A DNA stretch of 64,000 nucleotides from IMG/VR virus record IMGVR_UViG_3300031994_000006, positions 1 through 64,000 of that record; one strand, 5' to 3'. Below the pieces are notes generated by a model. It saw only the letters and a program-made list of their open reading frames with translations, did not search any database and was not told where the DNA came from. This document shows, one piece after another, positions 49,301 through 56,670 of the stretch. The translations under genes were made by a program, and so were the position numbers. The stretch is from a virus (taxonomy: Duplodnaviria > Caudoviricetes). The stretch's first letter is position 1, and each line of letters opens with the position of its first letter.

Positions 49301-49870
49301 ACACCCGGGAACATCGCCGCGATATACAGGTACGCCGAGCTGTGTAACAGCCTGACGGAGGCATTCAGGGCCGGTAACAATGCACGTAAGAAGGAATCCG
49401 CACAGGATGCGGCCGAATCCGTCGACGGCATACCGTACCCTGATGATATCGGGAATCCCGTCAAAGTCGCCGAGTGCCTGATGAAGGTTGCGGAAACGGC
49501 CCTCGGTCGACCGGGACTGGCGGAGGCGACCGAAATAGAGGTAAACTTCCTGAATCATGAGAACGACGACAATATCGTCGCGTCCGTCGATACGACCATC
49601 AGCGGTGTGACACTGATACTGATAGTCAGGGGATTCAGTAAGGTGCGCGGCGACATACCCGTCAGCCCGTCCGGCGGCATATGCGTCGGCGGCATTATGG
49701 CGCCCAGGAAAGGGGATCCGCGTGAAGTCGGCCCTTCCGATCCGTCGTTCCGGCCGGGATTCAGGACGTCTACCGTCAGTTTCTGGCCGGTGTCCGACAT
49801 GGAGTGCTGGAAGTCGCTCGTCGGTAAATATGAGGAGGATCTCAGGGCCGTGACGGCGGCCTCAAAGTGA
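46382..49870 (+). CDS. modular polyprotein with six EAF[RK]AGN[RN]ARKKE tags
   Basis: Tags at 46418, 46952, 47498, 48212, 48887 and 49358; the first module is LRR; AATAGATA 4 nt upstream. Confidence 0.85.
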   Translation: MKIDFDIKKTVKEAFRAGNRARKKEAVADTVESVDKLQQQIDRFREQTGYKLEIRNGRPYYDNFIDLENCTDLTELPDGLTVKNYLCINGCTGLMKLPDNMTVGRDFYLNDCVNLTSLPHGLTVKGSMYLKNCNGLTSFPADLTITGFSIYRVPESLFPFFESIGVEVRFIGGIHTIDAKDWMDRRHMVNEAFKAGNRARKKESVHDSVSDIHDDEPVTDAAAAADFLRNLNKRFPGVTRFKDDRYESTYVEFAVWDVNHQDTMWFSFWRDSANLAADSCLDPAVTLMIWSEAVVKGVRGHWKGYNDKEAIRENYVKMLQESGLPIDMADVEARRKPRLRLTSNSLARLAAYVARQAEMQIMAPLGKAFQLEEAFKAGNRARKKESAQDTVKSADAYFNSESIDELDSFIRMVWKSVCGDTDIDAPCMDNDHYDSEAGIWWGPLKFHLESGNIKYRICFLKTADIQAFNKAFNKAGESNDEFGQECPAKWAFDMHVQIGDEMASVRLYRIEPYSKYSNTNVVTYPVGVPQLTEAFSVLRLIYSRGIHTREHEAGWSTPGKQGSYFYACSRFSVQTWRNHILPIDDHEQLQKYFTDTARAVYFRECDRSVDEAFKAGNRARKKESVQDAVEALSSLEFYVPAMNDIPKTVLEKGSPAIESLFTRNGFGIHEKSTYLHPKEALWTVNIDGSPRKHISVAYVQRGSAGWVMFLKIGFTVIKCLVINSPEWLGFLKDLTSKADLFRLYFWMTGDGGATQEMRDLKHRYIERSKPVYGNAVNLTEFYDAILLPLIDHYGINMPDCCMFADTVTPVDMLRKTQTYADIREYISKLDVNNLGEAFRAGNRARKKESAADTVQEVDKDLKDEDIDRIIDDLCGKYPDVAHKKNYYHAFNGDVLEIYDDDADDNAVLVFEYPSEKDDGTVRVLVSSYRRVYAQGSEEQIDKSYKIICDRLIDDNVDSGTVTADDDGCMIFELTPGNIAAIYRYAELCNSLTEAFRAGNNARKKESAQDAAESVDGIPYPDDIGNPVKVAECLMKVAETALGRPGLAEATEIEVNFLNHENDDNIVASVDTTISGVTLILIVRGFSKVRGDIPVSPSGGICVGGIMAPRKGDPREVGPSDPSFRPGFRTSTVSFWPVSDMECWKSLVGKYEEDLRAVTAASK

Positions 49871-49884
49871 ACAGTTGACCGAAA

Positions 49885-50538
49885 ATGACAATCAAGGAAG
49901 AGAAGAAGGAACTTGAGGCGCTGCTCAGGACGTCGGCGCCGCAGGCGCCTGCGGGAGGACAGCAGGTCCAGTACGGGCCGGACGTCGATCCGATGGAGGA
50001 GCTCGAGCCCGAGCCGCTGTTCGAGATTGACTATGACAAGATACAGAGGCAGCTCGCCAGGAAGGCGCGCGAGTCCGTGAAGAGGATAGTCAGGTCGGTC
50101 ATCCGCAACCCGGAGTATGCGAACAGCGAGTTCGTACAGGACAAGATATCACAGGACGCCGAACAGCTCGGCAACCTGTACATGGAACAGTATCAGATCA
50201 ACCAGGTCAAGAGGTCGCTGATAGACACCATAGGAAAGGGTAACAACGCGCCCCGTATGTACGAGGTGTTCACCCAGGTGTCGAAGACGTACTCTGACAT
50301 ATCGAAGCAGATATCGGACTTTCAGATCTCGATGAAGGACAACTACGCGAAGATCAAGTTCGACATGATGGGCGAGGACGTCCCCAAGGTCAACGCGCTC
50401 GGTACCGCACAGGCCCCGCAGCTCGAGGACGGACAGGAGAAGGACCGGCACATCTTCATAGGCACCAAGGGCCTTGCCGACATGCTCAAGCAGGATAAGG
50501 TGAGGGCCCTTGAGACCGCCGAATACAAGGAGGCCTGA
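49885..50538 (+). CDS. terminase small subunit (T4 gp16-like)
   Basis: PRMYEVFTQV and C-terminal IFIGTKGLADML match gp16 PRAYEV and FVGST motifs. Confidence 0.7.
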   Translation: MTIKEEKKELEALLRTSAPQAPAGGQQVQYGPDVDPMEELEPEPLFEIDYDKIQRQLARKARESVKRIVRSVIRNPEYANSEFVQDKISQDAEQLGNLYMEQYQINQVKRSLIDTIGKGNNAPRMYEVFTQVSKTYSDISKQISDFQISMKDNYAKIKFDMMGEDVPKVNALGTAQAPQLEDGQEKDRHIFIGTKGLADMLKQDKVRALETAEYKEA

Positions 50539-50582
50539 TCCGTCAGGGTCGGCCGCCTCCTTAAAATGAACTTATTGGAACA

Positions 50583-50978
50583 ATGGGAGGCACCGGAGGT
50601 ATTCCGCTCCGCCGCAGGGTCCGCCCCGGCGGCATGAAGAGGATTAACAGAATGCTCGAGGAAATCGACAGGGACTGCGAGCCCTGTCTGGGGGATATCC
50701 CCGTGGACACGGAGGCCTTGAGGCAGACCAGATGGCTGTGCGGACTCATGCCTGCCGACCAGCTGCCGAGGGTGAGGGTCGAGTCGAACGGACACGGTGG
50801 CGTGTCCGCGTGGTGGGAGAAGCCGGGCTATAAGGTCGGCATCGACCTCGGGGACGAGACCTGCTCCTGGTATATCGAGGATCACGGCAAGATGAAGGCA
50901 TCTGAGTCCTTCGTGCCTTATGAAAAGTCTCCGTTCACCCGGATAACGGGCATGATCGAGAACCTGTCCCGTATGTGA
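50583..50978 (+). CDS. hypothetical protein (start may be MKRINR)
   Basis: ORF filling the gap between terminase and methylase. Confidence 0.55.
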   Translation: MGGTGGIPLRRRVRPGGMKRINRMLEEIDRDCEPCLGDIPVDTEALRQTRWLCGLMPADQLPRVRVESNGHGGVSAWWEKPGYKVGIDLGDETCSWYIEDHGKMKASESFVPYEKSPFTRITGMIENLSRM

Positions 50979-51007
50979 CTTCGGACGGCCCCCGGCGTTA
51001 AATTGTT

Positions 51008-51967
51008 ATGCCGAACATATACAAAGAACTGAGGGCCCCCCTTATCAAATGGTCGGGCAGCAAGCGGAAGCAGGCGCCGTACATCGTCAGTCTGTTCCCG
51101 AGAAGGATCAGCACCTATTATGAATGCTTCCTCGGCGGGGGATCGGTCCTGCACGAGGTCATGAACCGTGTCCTTGACGGCACCATGCGCGTCAGCAGAC
51201 TCGTCGGCTCCGATCTCAACAGCGACCTTATCGGTATATGGAGCCTTTTCAAGAAGGACCGTAACAGGCTGTTCGACTATTACGTCAGTGAGCATGAGGA
51301 ACTCAAGCGCCGCGGTGAGCCGGACATCACGCCGGACACCCGCGAGCAGTGCAACAAGTGCCAGCACTTCTACTATGAGGAACGTGAGCGTTTCAACAGG
51401 ATGGCCAAGACCGATCCGGAGCGTCCCATGCTGTTCTTCTGGCTGATGCGCACGTCGTTCAACGGACTGGTGCGCTATAACGGCAAGGGCGAGTTCAACT
51501 CGCCGTTCCATGTCGGCGGCAGGTTCGGCATCACGCCCGACATGCTCCGTCCCGTGTTCGACGAATGGGCGCGCTGCATCGGTTCGCTCAACGTCACCTT
51601 CGTCAATGACTCGTATGACAACGTCGTCGCTGCCGCCAGGCAGGGGGACCTGGTCTATATGGATCCGCCGTACGCCAATGTCGGCCCCATGTACTTCGCC
51701 GAGGGATTCGATCAGGATCACATGTTCGACGTGATGAGGTCGCTGACCGCAAGGGGCGTGAAGTTCGCTCTCAGCTATGACGGGAAGACAGGCGACAAGG
51801 ACACGACCGTCGCCATACCCCGTGACACATATCTTACTCATGAATACGTCTATTCGGGACAGTCGAGCTTCCGCAAGCTCGACCGTATCGATGTGACGGA
51901 GGTTCATGAGTCTCTCTATCTTAACTACACACCTGAGAAAAGACCGCAACAGACAAAACTTATCTGA
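51008..51967 (+). CDS. dam: DNA adenine methyltransferase (Dam/D12 class)
   Basis: KWSGSKR, YYECFLGGGSV, FNGLVRYN and YMDPPY. Confidence 0.92.
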   Translation: MPNIYKELRAPLIKWSGSKRKQAPYIVSLFPRRISTYYECFLGGGSVLHEVMNRVLDGTMRVSRLVGSDLNSDLIGIWSLFKKDRNRLFDYYVSEHEELKRRGEPDITPDTREQCNKCQHFYYEERERFNRMAKTDPERPMLFFWLMRTSFNGLVRYNGKGEFNSPFHVGGRFGITPDMLRPVFDEWARCIGSLNVTFVNDSYDNVVAAARQGDLVYMDPPYANVGPMYFAEGFDQDHMFDVMRSLTARGVKFALSYDGKTGDKDTTVAIPRDTYLTHEYVYSGQSSFRKLDRIDVTEVHESLYLNYTPEKRPQQTKLI

Positions 51968-53224
51968 ATGGATCAGAAGGACAGACACTGCATCATCTGC
52001 GGACGTGACGACGATCACGTCGATTTTATGATTGAGGGCGAGGACGGCTGCATCTGCGGCGAATGCGCCCGTGAGGCCGCCAAGGTGGCCGAGGCCAACG
52101 ACAGGGTCGAGAAGGCCAGGGCGAGCGAGGGCTCGCATGCCGGCACGGAATTCAAGTGCCCGAAACCCAAGGAGATTGTGAGTTTCCTCAATGAGTATGT
52201 CATCGGGCAGACCGAGGCCAAGAAGGCCATAGCCACCGCCGTTTATAACCATTATAAGAGACTCAACCGTATCGGCGCCGGTACCAAGGTCGAGATTGAG
52301 AAGTCCAATATGATCATGCTCGGTCCGTCCGGCTGCGGCAAGACGCTCCTGGCGAAGACCGTCGCCCGGATGCTCAATGTCCCGTTCGCCATCGCGGACG
52401 CGACGGTGCTGACCGAGGCCGGATATGTCGGCGAGGACGTCGAGAGCATCCTGAGCCGCCTGCTCCAGGCCGCAGACTATAATAAGGACATGTGCGAGCG
52501 CGGCATCGTATTCATCGACGAGATCGACAAGATAGCCAGGAAGGGCGGCGACAACCCGTCAATCACCCGAGACGTGTCCGGTGAGGGCGTCCAGCAGGGA
52601 CTGCTCAAGCTGCTCGAGGGCAGTGTGGTCAACGTGCAGCCCGAGGGAGGCCGCAAGCATCCGGATCAGGAGTTCGTGCAGATTGACACCAAAAACATCC
52701 TGTTCATCTGCGGCGGCGCGTTCGAGGGCATCGAGCGCCGCATAGCGCAGCGTCTGAACATGAGGACCGTCGGCTATACCGCCGCGCTCAACCGCGAGAA
52801 GATAGACTCGGACGACTATATCCAGTACGCGACGCATCAGGATCTGAGGACGTTCGGCCTCATCCCTGAGATACTCGGCCGCCTGCCGGTCCTGACCAGG
52901 CTCAGGCCGCTCGACGAGGCCGCCATACGCAGGATACTGACTGAGCCGAAGAATGCGCTCGTCCGCCAGTACGAGGAGCTGCTCAGGGAGGACGGCTGCA
53001 TGTTGCACATCACGAGCAAGGCGCTCGACCTGATCGCGCAGACCGCGGTCGACTGTGGCCTCGGCGCCAGGGGCCTTCGGACCGTGATGGAGGAGGTGCT
53101 CGGCGACGTGATGTACGACCCGGACTCGTATACCGGAGTCGCCGGACTGATACGCATCGACTCGGCGTTCGTCAGGTCGAGGCTTGACAAGTCGCCCATC
53201 AAGAGACTTAAGGACGCCGCCTGA
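51968..53224 (+). CDS. clpX: ATP-dependent Clp protease ATP-binding subunit ClpX
   Basis: Zn finger CIICGR...[44 protein letters not shown] loop, GARGLR. Confidence 0.95.
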   Translation: MDQKDRHCIICGRDDDHVDFMIEGEDGCICGECAREAAKVAEANDRVEKARASEGSHAGTEFKCPKPKEIVSFLNEYVIGQTEAKKAIATAVYNHYKRLNRIGAGTKVEIEKSNMIMLGPSGCGKTLLAKTVARMLNVPFAIADATVLTEAGYVGEDVESILSRLLQAADYNKDMCERGIVFIDEIDKIARKGGDNPSITRDVSGEGVQQGLLKLLEGSVVNVQPEGGRKHPDQEFVQIDTKNILFICGGAFEGIERRIAQRLNMRTVGYTAALNREKIDSDDYIQYATHQDLRTFGLIPEILGRLPVLTRLRPLDEAAIRRILTEPKNALVRQYEELLREDGCMLHITSKALDLIAQTAVDCGLGARGLRTVMEEVLGDVMYDPDSYTGVAGLIRIDSAFVRSRLDKSPIKRLKDAA

Positions 53225-53297
53225 TGCCGTAACCTCCAATAAACGCTGAATCCTGCGGAAAAATGTTGCAGGATTTTTTTATTCCGGAAAAAACCCT

Positions 53298-53305
53298 TAT
53301 CTTTG
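53298..53305 (+). promoter_or_regulatory. Bacteroidota -7 promoter element TATCTTTG (early promoter)
   Basis: TTCCGGAAAAAACCCTTATCTTTGCGTTGTAATT, paralogous to the site at 1222. Confidence 0.7.
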
Positions 53306-53330
53306 CGTTGTAATTTAAAAGAACAGAAAT

Positions 53331-53681
53331 ATGGGAACTGAAAAGAAAAGGAAATTTAAGGTCACCTACCATAAGTACGGTGTGAGCCAGGAAATGAATC
53401 TCGTCGATCAGTCGGAATTCGAGCAGATCTACAAGCCGACGGTCATGAGGATGCGCGAGCTGAGTGAGGAGATCAATTCACTTAACAAGAAGAAGGACGC
53501 CGACCTGATCAGGGAAAAGCTGAAGGAAATCGGACAGCTGAAAATCCTGGTAGACAGTGTATACGGCTCGTTCTTTACTTCAGGGTCACCGCTCGGCCTG
53601 GCGATGGAGACAGGCGTCATGGAGCTTCCCGCCGCACAGGGCGGATCCTCTGAAGTGTGTTTTAATGAGATATTCGACTAA
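53331..53681 (+). CDS. hypothetical early protein
   Basis: ORF behind the host-type promoter. Confidence 0.7.
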   Translation: MGTEKKRKFKVTYHKYGVSQEMNLVDQSEFEQIYKPTVMRMRELSEEINSLNKKKDADLIREKLKEIGQLKILVDSVYGSFFTSGSPLGLAMETGVMELPAAQGGSSEVCFNEIFD

Positions 53682-53704
53682 TTCCTAAATTTATATATAC
53701 GACT

Positions 53705-53869
53705 ATGGCTATTTTCGGAGCAGAGGATTTCGGTTTTGACGGATCAGGCGGCGGAGGCGAAGGCTGCGGCTGCGCTGCGTTCGCTTTCATACTCGCACTG
53801 GTGTTCTTCCCGGTTATCGCGCCTTTCGTCCTTATATGGGGAATCTGGCGCATAGTGAGAGGTTCGTGA
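53705..53869 (+). CDS. 54-aa membrane peptide (not in the ORF track)
   Basis: MAIFGAEDFGFDGSGGGGEGCGCAAFAFILALVFFPVIAPFVLIWGIWRIVRGS; followed by a terminator at 53898-53928. Confidence 0.6.
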   Translation: MAIFGAEDFGFDGSGGGGEGCGCAAFAFILALVFFPVIAPFVLIWGIWRIVRGS

Positions 53870-53943
53870 TTTATATTATTGATTTTATTGATTTGACAGG
53901 CCCGGATGATATGGCATCCGGGCCTTTTACGCGTTTAATCATT

Positions 53944-54375
53944 ATGAATGAACAGACAGATTTCAAATTGCCGTATGATCCTAATGAAGAGCTGAAGAGG
54001 CTCCTTAAGCAGGATATTGACGACCGTGATACCGATCCGAAGTCGGATCACCGTATATGGACGACGACCCACAGGACAGTCAGTATGTGCGGATTCGACT
54101 ATTCCGAATTTATCAAAGGTATCAGGGAGGAGATGGACGGCATACGCGCCGAATATCCGCATATGAACCTGAATGACGACGACTTCAGGCTGTCGACCGA
54201 TGTCGGATGGTGCTACGAGGATTCATTCGGCGAGATTTCCATACAGGCCGATGTCGTAGAACGGGAAGATCAGTGGATCGGCAGGCTCCGTAATAATGCG
54301 GAGTCTGAGAAACGAGAGCTTGAGCAGCTGAAGAGGCTGTCGGATAAACTCGGATACAAAATCGAAAAGAAATAG
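53944..54375 (+). CDS. hypothetical protein
   Basis: Start MNEQTD lies 4 nt after GCGTTTAAT (53931-53939). Confidence 0.7.
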   Translation: MNEQTDFKLPYDPNEELKRLLKQDIDDRDTDPKSDHRIWTTTHRTVSMCGFDYSEFIKGIREEMDGIRAEYPHMNLNDDDFRLSTDVGWCYEDSFGEISIQADVVEREDQWIGRLRNNAESEKRELEQLKRLSDKLGYKIEKK

Positions 54376-54378
54376 CAT

Positions 54379-54654
54379 ATGACCGGAATTATTATCCTTA
54401 TGGTAGCAGTCGCGATCCTGATTATCGCCAGTATAATCATAGACAGCTATAGGAAACGCAAGGTATGGTGCCTGATGAGCGGCAGTTCGACCACAGGCTA
54501 TGCGCTGCACGGGGTGTTCTCCTCGCCGAAGGCCGCCGAGGGACATATCAAGGATCACGGACGTCAGGGTGAATGGGCCATCGTCGAGGCGACGGTCGAC
54601 GTCTTCGGGTCCGGCGATCACGTCAAGTTCGTAAAGCACTCGTCCGGCCTGTAA
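54379..54654 (+). CDS. small membrane-anchored protein
   Basis: N-terminal TM helix. Confidence 0.65.
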   Translation: MTGIIILMVAVAILIIASIIIDSYRKRKVWCLMSGSSTTGYALHGVFSSPKAAEGHIKDHGRQGEWAIVEATVDVFGSGDHVKFVKHSSGL

Positions 54655-54686
54655 AGCAATATATAGACAAACATAACCAGTAAAAT

Positions 54687-55373
54687 ATGAAGATTTCAGC
54701 AGTATCGGACCTTCACGGCCTGATCAAGTTCAATATCATGCCGGCAGACGTCCTGTTCATTGCGGGCGATATCATGCCGCTTGAGATACAGACGCGTATA
54801 CCGCAGTCGAAGGAGTGGATCAAGAACGCCTTCATTCCCGCGATGGAGGCTCTGCCGGCCGAGCAGATAATCCTTGTGGCCGGCAACCATGACTTTGTGT
54901 TCGAGCGGACTCCGCTGGACGAGATCAAGTCCTGGTTCAAGGATACCAAGATTACGTATCTCTTCAATGAGACGTGTCAGGTAGAGGCCGGGGGCCGTAC
55001 GTTTACCGTATTCGGCACACCTTACTGCCATATATTCGGTAACTGGGCGTTCATGCCGGAGCCTGAGGTACAGGTCAAGGCGTTCGCCGGAATCCCGGAA
55101 CACTGTGACATCCTCGTTTGTCATGACGCGCCCTATGGCGTGAGTGACGTTATCCTGCAGGACATCTTCTGGCGCAAGGAGGGTGAACATATCGGTAATC
55201 CTGAGCTTGCCGATGCCGTCAGGGCCAAGCAGCCGCGCCTGCTCCTGCACGGACACCTGCACTCCACCAATCATGAGAAGGAGATGCTCGGCGGTACCGA
55301 GGTGTACAATGTGTCAATCAAGGACGAGCACTACTGTCACACCTATCCGTCGTTCCATATGAGATTCGAATAG
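54687..55373 (+). CDS. calcineurin-like metallophosphoesterase
   Basis: SDLHG, AGDI, AGNHD, CHDAP and HGHLH. Confidence 0.9.
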   Translation: MKISAVSDLHGLIKFNIMPADVLFIAGDIMPLEIQTRIPQSKEWIKNAFIPAMEALPAEQIILVAGNHDFVFERTPLDEIKSWFKDTKITYLFNETCQVEAGGRTFTVFGTPYCHIFGNWAFMPEPEVQVKAFAGIPEHCDILVCHDAPYGVSDVILQDIFWRKEGEHIGNPELADAVRAKQPRLLLHGHLHSTNHEKEMLGGTEVYNVSIKDEHYCHTYPSFHMRFE

Positions 55374-55376
55374 TCT

Positions 55377-55565
55377 ATGGTGCCCTGGGAGAAGTACTAC
55401 GTCAAATGCCCGGACTGCGGACACTCGTTTCTACCGTGGAACGCGCTGATGGTAACCGACTTCCCCGGCGGCGTCAAGCAGGTCCGGATTTGGTGTCCGT
55501 CATGTAAAAAGGATCACCTTCAGTCTGAATATGGAAAAGGGAAACCAGAGGACGTCTGTGACTGA
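55377..55565 (+). CDS. small zinc-ribbon protein
   Basis: CPDC...CPSC. Confidence 0.55.
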   Translation: MVPWEKYYVKCPDCGHSFLPWNALMVTDFPGGVKQVRIWCPSCKKDHLQSEYGKGKPEDVCD

Positions 55566-55713
55566 GACGTCGGGATTCTGCTGTTATACGGATTGCCTGT
55601 CCAACTATGAGGGAACGTGCAGGCACGGTCTGACGGCGGGATACGGCAGGGATAATTGTCCGATGTATTTAAACAGATATAGTTATGAAGAAGACAACAA
55701 CAGAAACGATTGA
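55531..55713 (+). CDS. small Cys-rich protein
   Basis: CCYTDC...C...C; overlaps both neighbours in an operon. Confidence 0.4.
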   Translation: MEKGNQRTSVTETSGFCCYTDCLSNYEGTCRHGLTAGYGRDNCPMYLNRYSYEEDNNRND

Positions 55714-56017
55714 TTCCGAGATGAAATCGGCCATACATGACGCATCGCTTATGCCGGCACAGGAGGCCTACAACCGTGTGTCGAAGGCCAAGTCCGACCG
55801 AATCTCCGATCTTGTCAGGACGGAGCTCCGTGAGTGTGGTGATTATATTCAGAAGGCCGTCAAACAGGAGAGTTACAAGACAGAATTGCCGAAGGCCATC
55901 AATCAGCGCACGGTCGAATGCCTGAAGGAACTCGGCTATGACGTACAGGTCATTCAGGAGAAGTGCATCGACGGGGTCAGTAAGACTATAATCTCATGGG
56001 ATTTCAGAAGGGTATGA
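55685..56017 (+). CDS. hypothetical protein
   Basis: ATGA overlap with the DHFR start. Confidence 0.65.
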   Translation: MKKTTTETIDSEMKSAIHDASLMPAQEAYNRVSKAKSDRISDLVRTELRECGDYIQKAVKQESYKTELPKAINQRTVECLKELGYDVQVIQEKCIDGVSKTIISWDFRRV

Positions 56018-56589
56018 GACCGAAGGTAAGGATAATCGCAGCCGTCGGACGTGACGGCCTGATAGGCGCGTCGAACGGGCTTGTGTTCAGGTGCAAGGAG
56101 GATATGGCCCGGTTCAAGAGGCTTACGAGCCTTCATGATTCATGCTGCCTGATGGGCGCCAATACGGCACTGTCCCTGCCGTTCGAGGATCATGTCCTGC
56201 CCGGACGCGACTGCTTTGTAATCACGTCGAGGAGATCCGGCAACTTCACCGCGGCCAAGGCCGTCATATCGTCGGTGGATGAGGCGATCTATCATATCTT
56301 CTACGAGCCGAATTCGATACTGTTCGGCGGTTACAGGTGGATTAACGTCATAGGAGGCGCATCCGTATACAAGCAGATGATAGACTGGGTCGATGAGCTG
56401 TGGCTGACGGAGTCCGAGCATTACCTGTACCGTGCCGGCATGGAGGATACGGCGTATTTCCCTGAGATACCCGAGTTGTTCCATACGGGATCGATAGAAT
56501 ACAAGAACAGCCCGTCGTTCGATATCAACGGGGATCCGCTCAGATGCGGCTTTACGTTCACGACCTATTACCGGAACTATACCCTATAG
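56014..56589 (+). CDS. folA: dihydrofolate reductase
   Basis: IIAAVGRDGLIG, EDMARFK, LMGANT, LPGR, VIGGASVY, ELWLT and DTAYFP. Confidence 0.85.
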   Translation: MRPKVRIIAAVGRDGLIGASNGLVFRCKEDMARFKRLTSLHDSCCLMGANTALSLPFEDHVLPGRDCFVITSRRSGNFTAAKAVISSVDEAIYHIFYEPNSILFGGYRWINVIGGASVYKQMIDWVDELWLTESEHYLYRAGMEDTAYFPEIPELFHTGSIEYKNSPSFDINGDPLRCGFTFTTYYRNYTL

Positions 56590-56657
56590 GGTATAAACTA
56601 TATCCGAAAGGATATAATCATACCCGAAAGGGTATAAACTATATTCGATATAATATA
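56575..56657 (+). repeat. array of four ~21-nt units; three are clear hairpins and the fourth is degenerate
   Basis: AACTATACCC-TATA-GGGTATA / AACTATATCC-GAAA-GGATATA / ATCATACCC-GAAA-GGGTATA / AACTATATTC-GATA-TAATATA. Confidence 0.85.
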
Positions 56658-56670
56658 AAACAACAGACAT

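Noticed and set aside
46418-49396. Tag-coding 39-nt repeats as a CRISPR array or integron attC-like sites
   Set aside because: The repeats are in frame, vary at synonymous positions, are separated by about 430-680 nt of coding sequence and are not palindromic. No cas or integrase gene is present.
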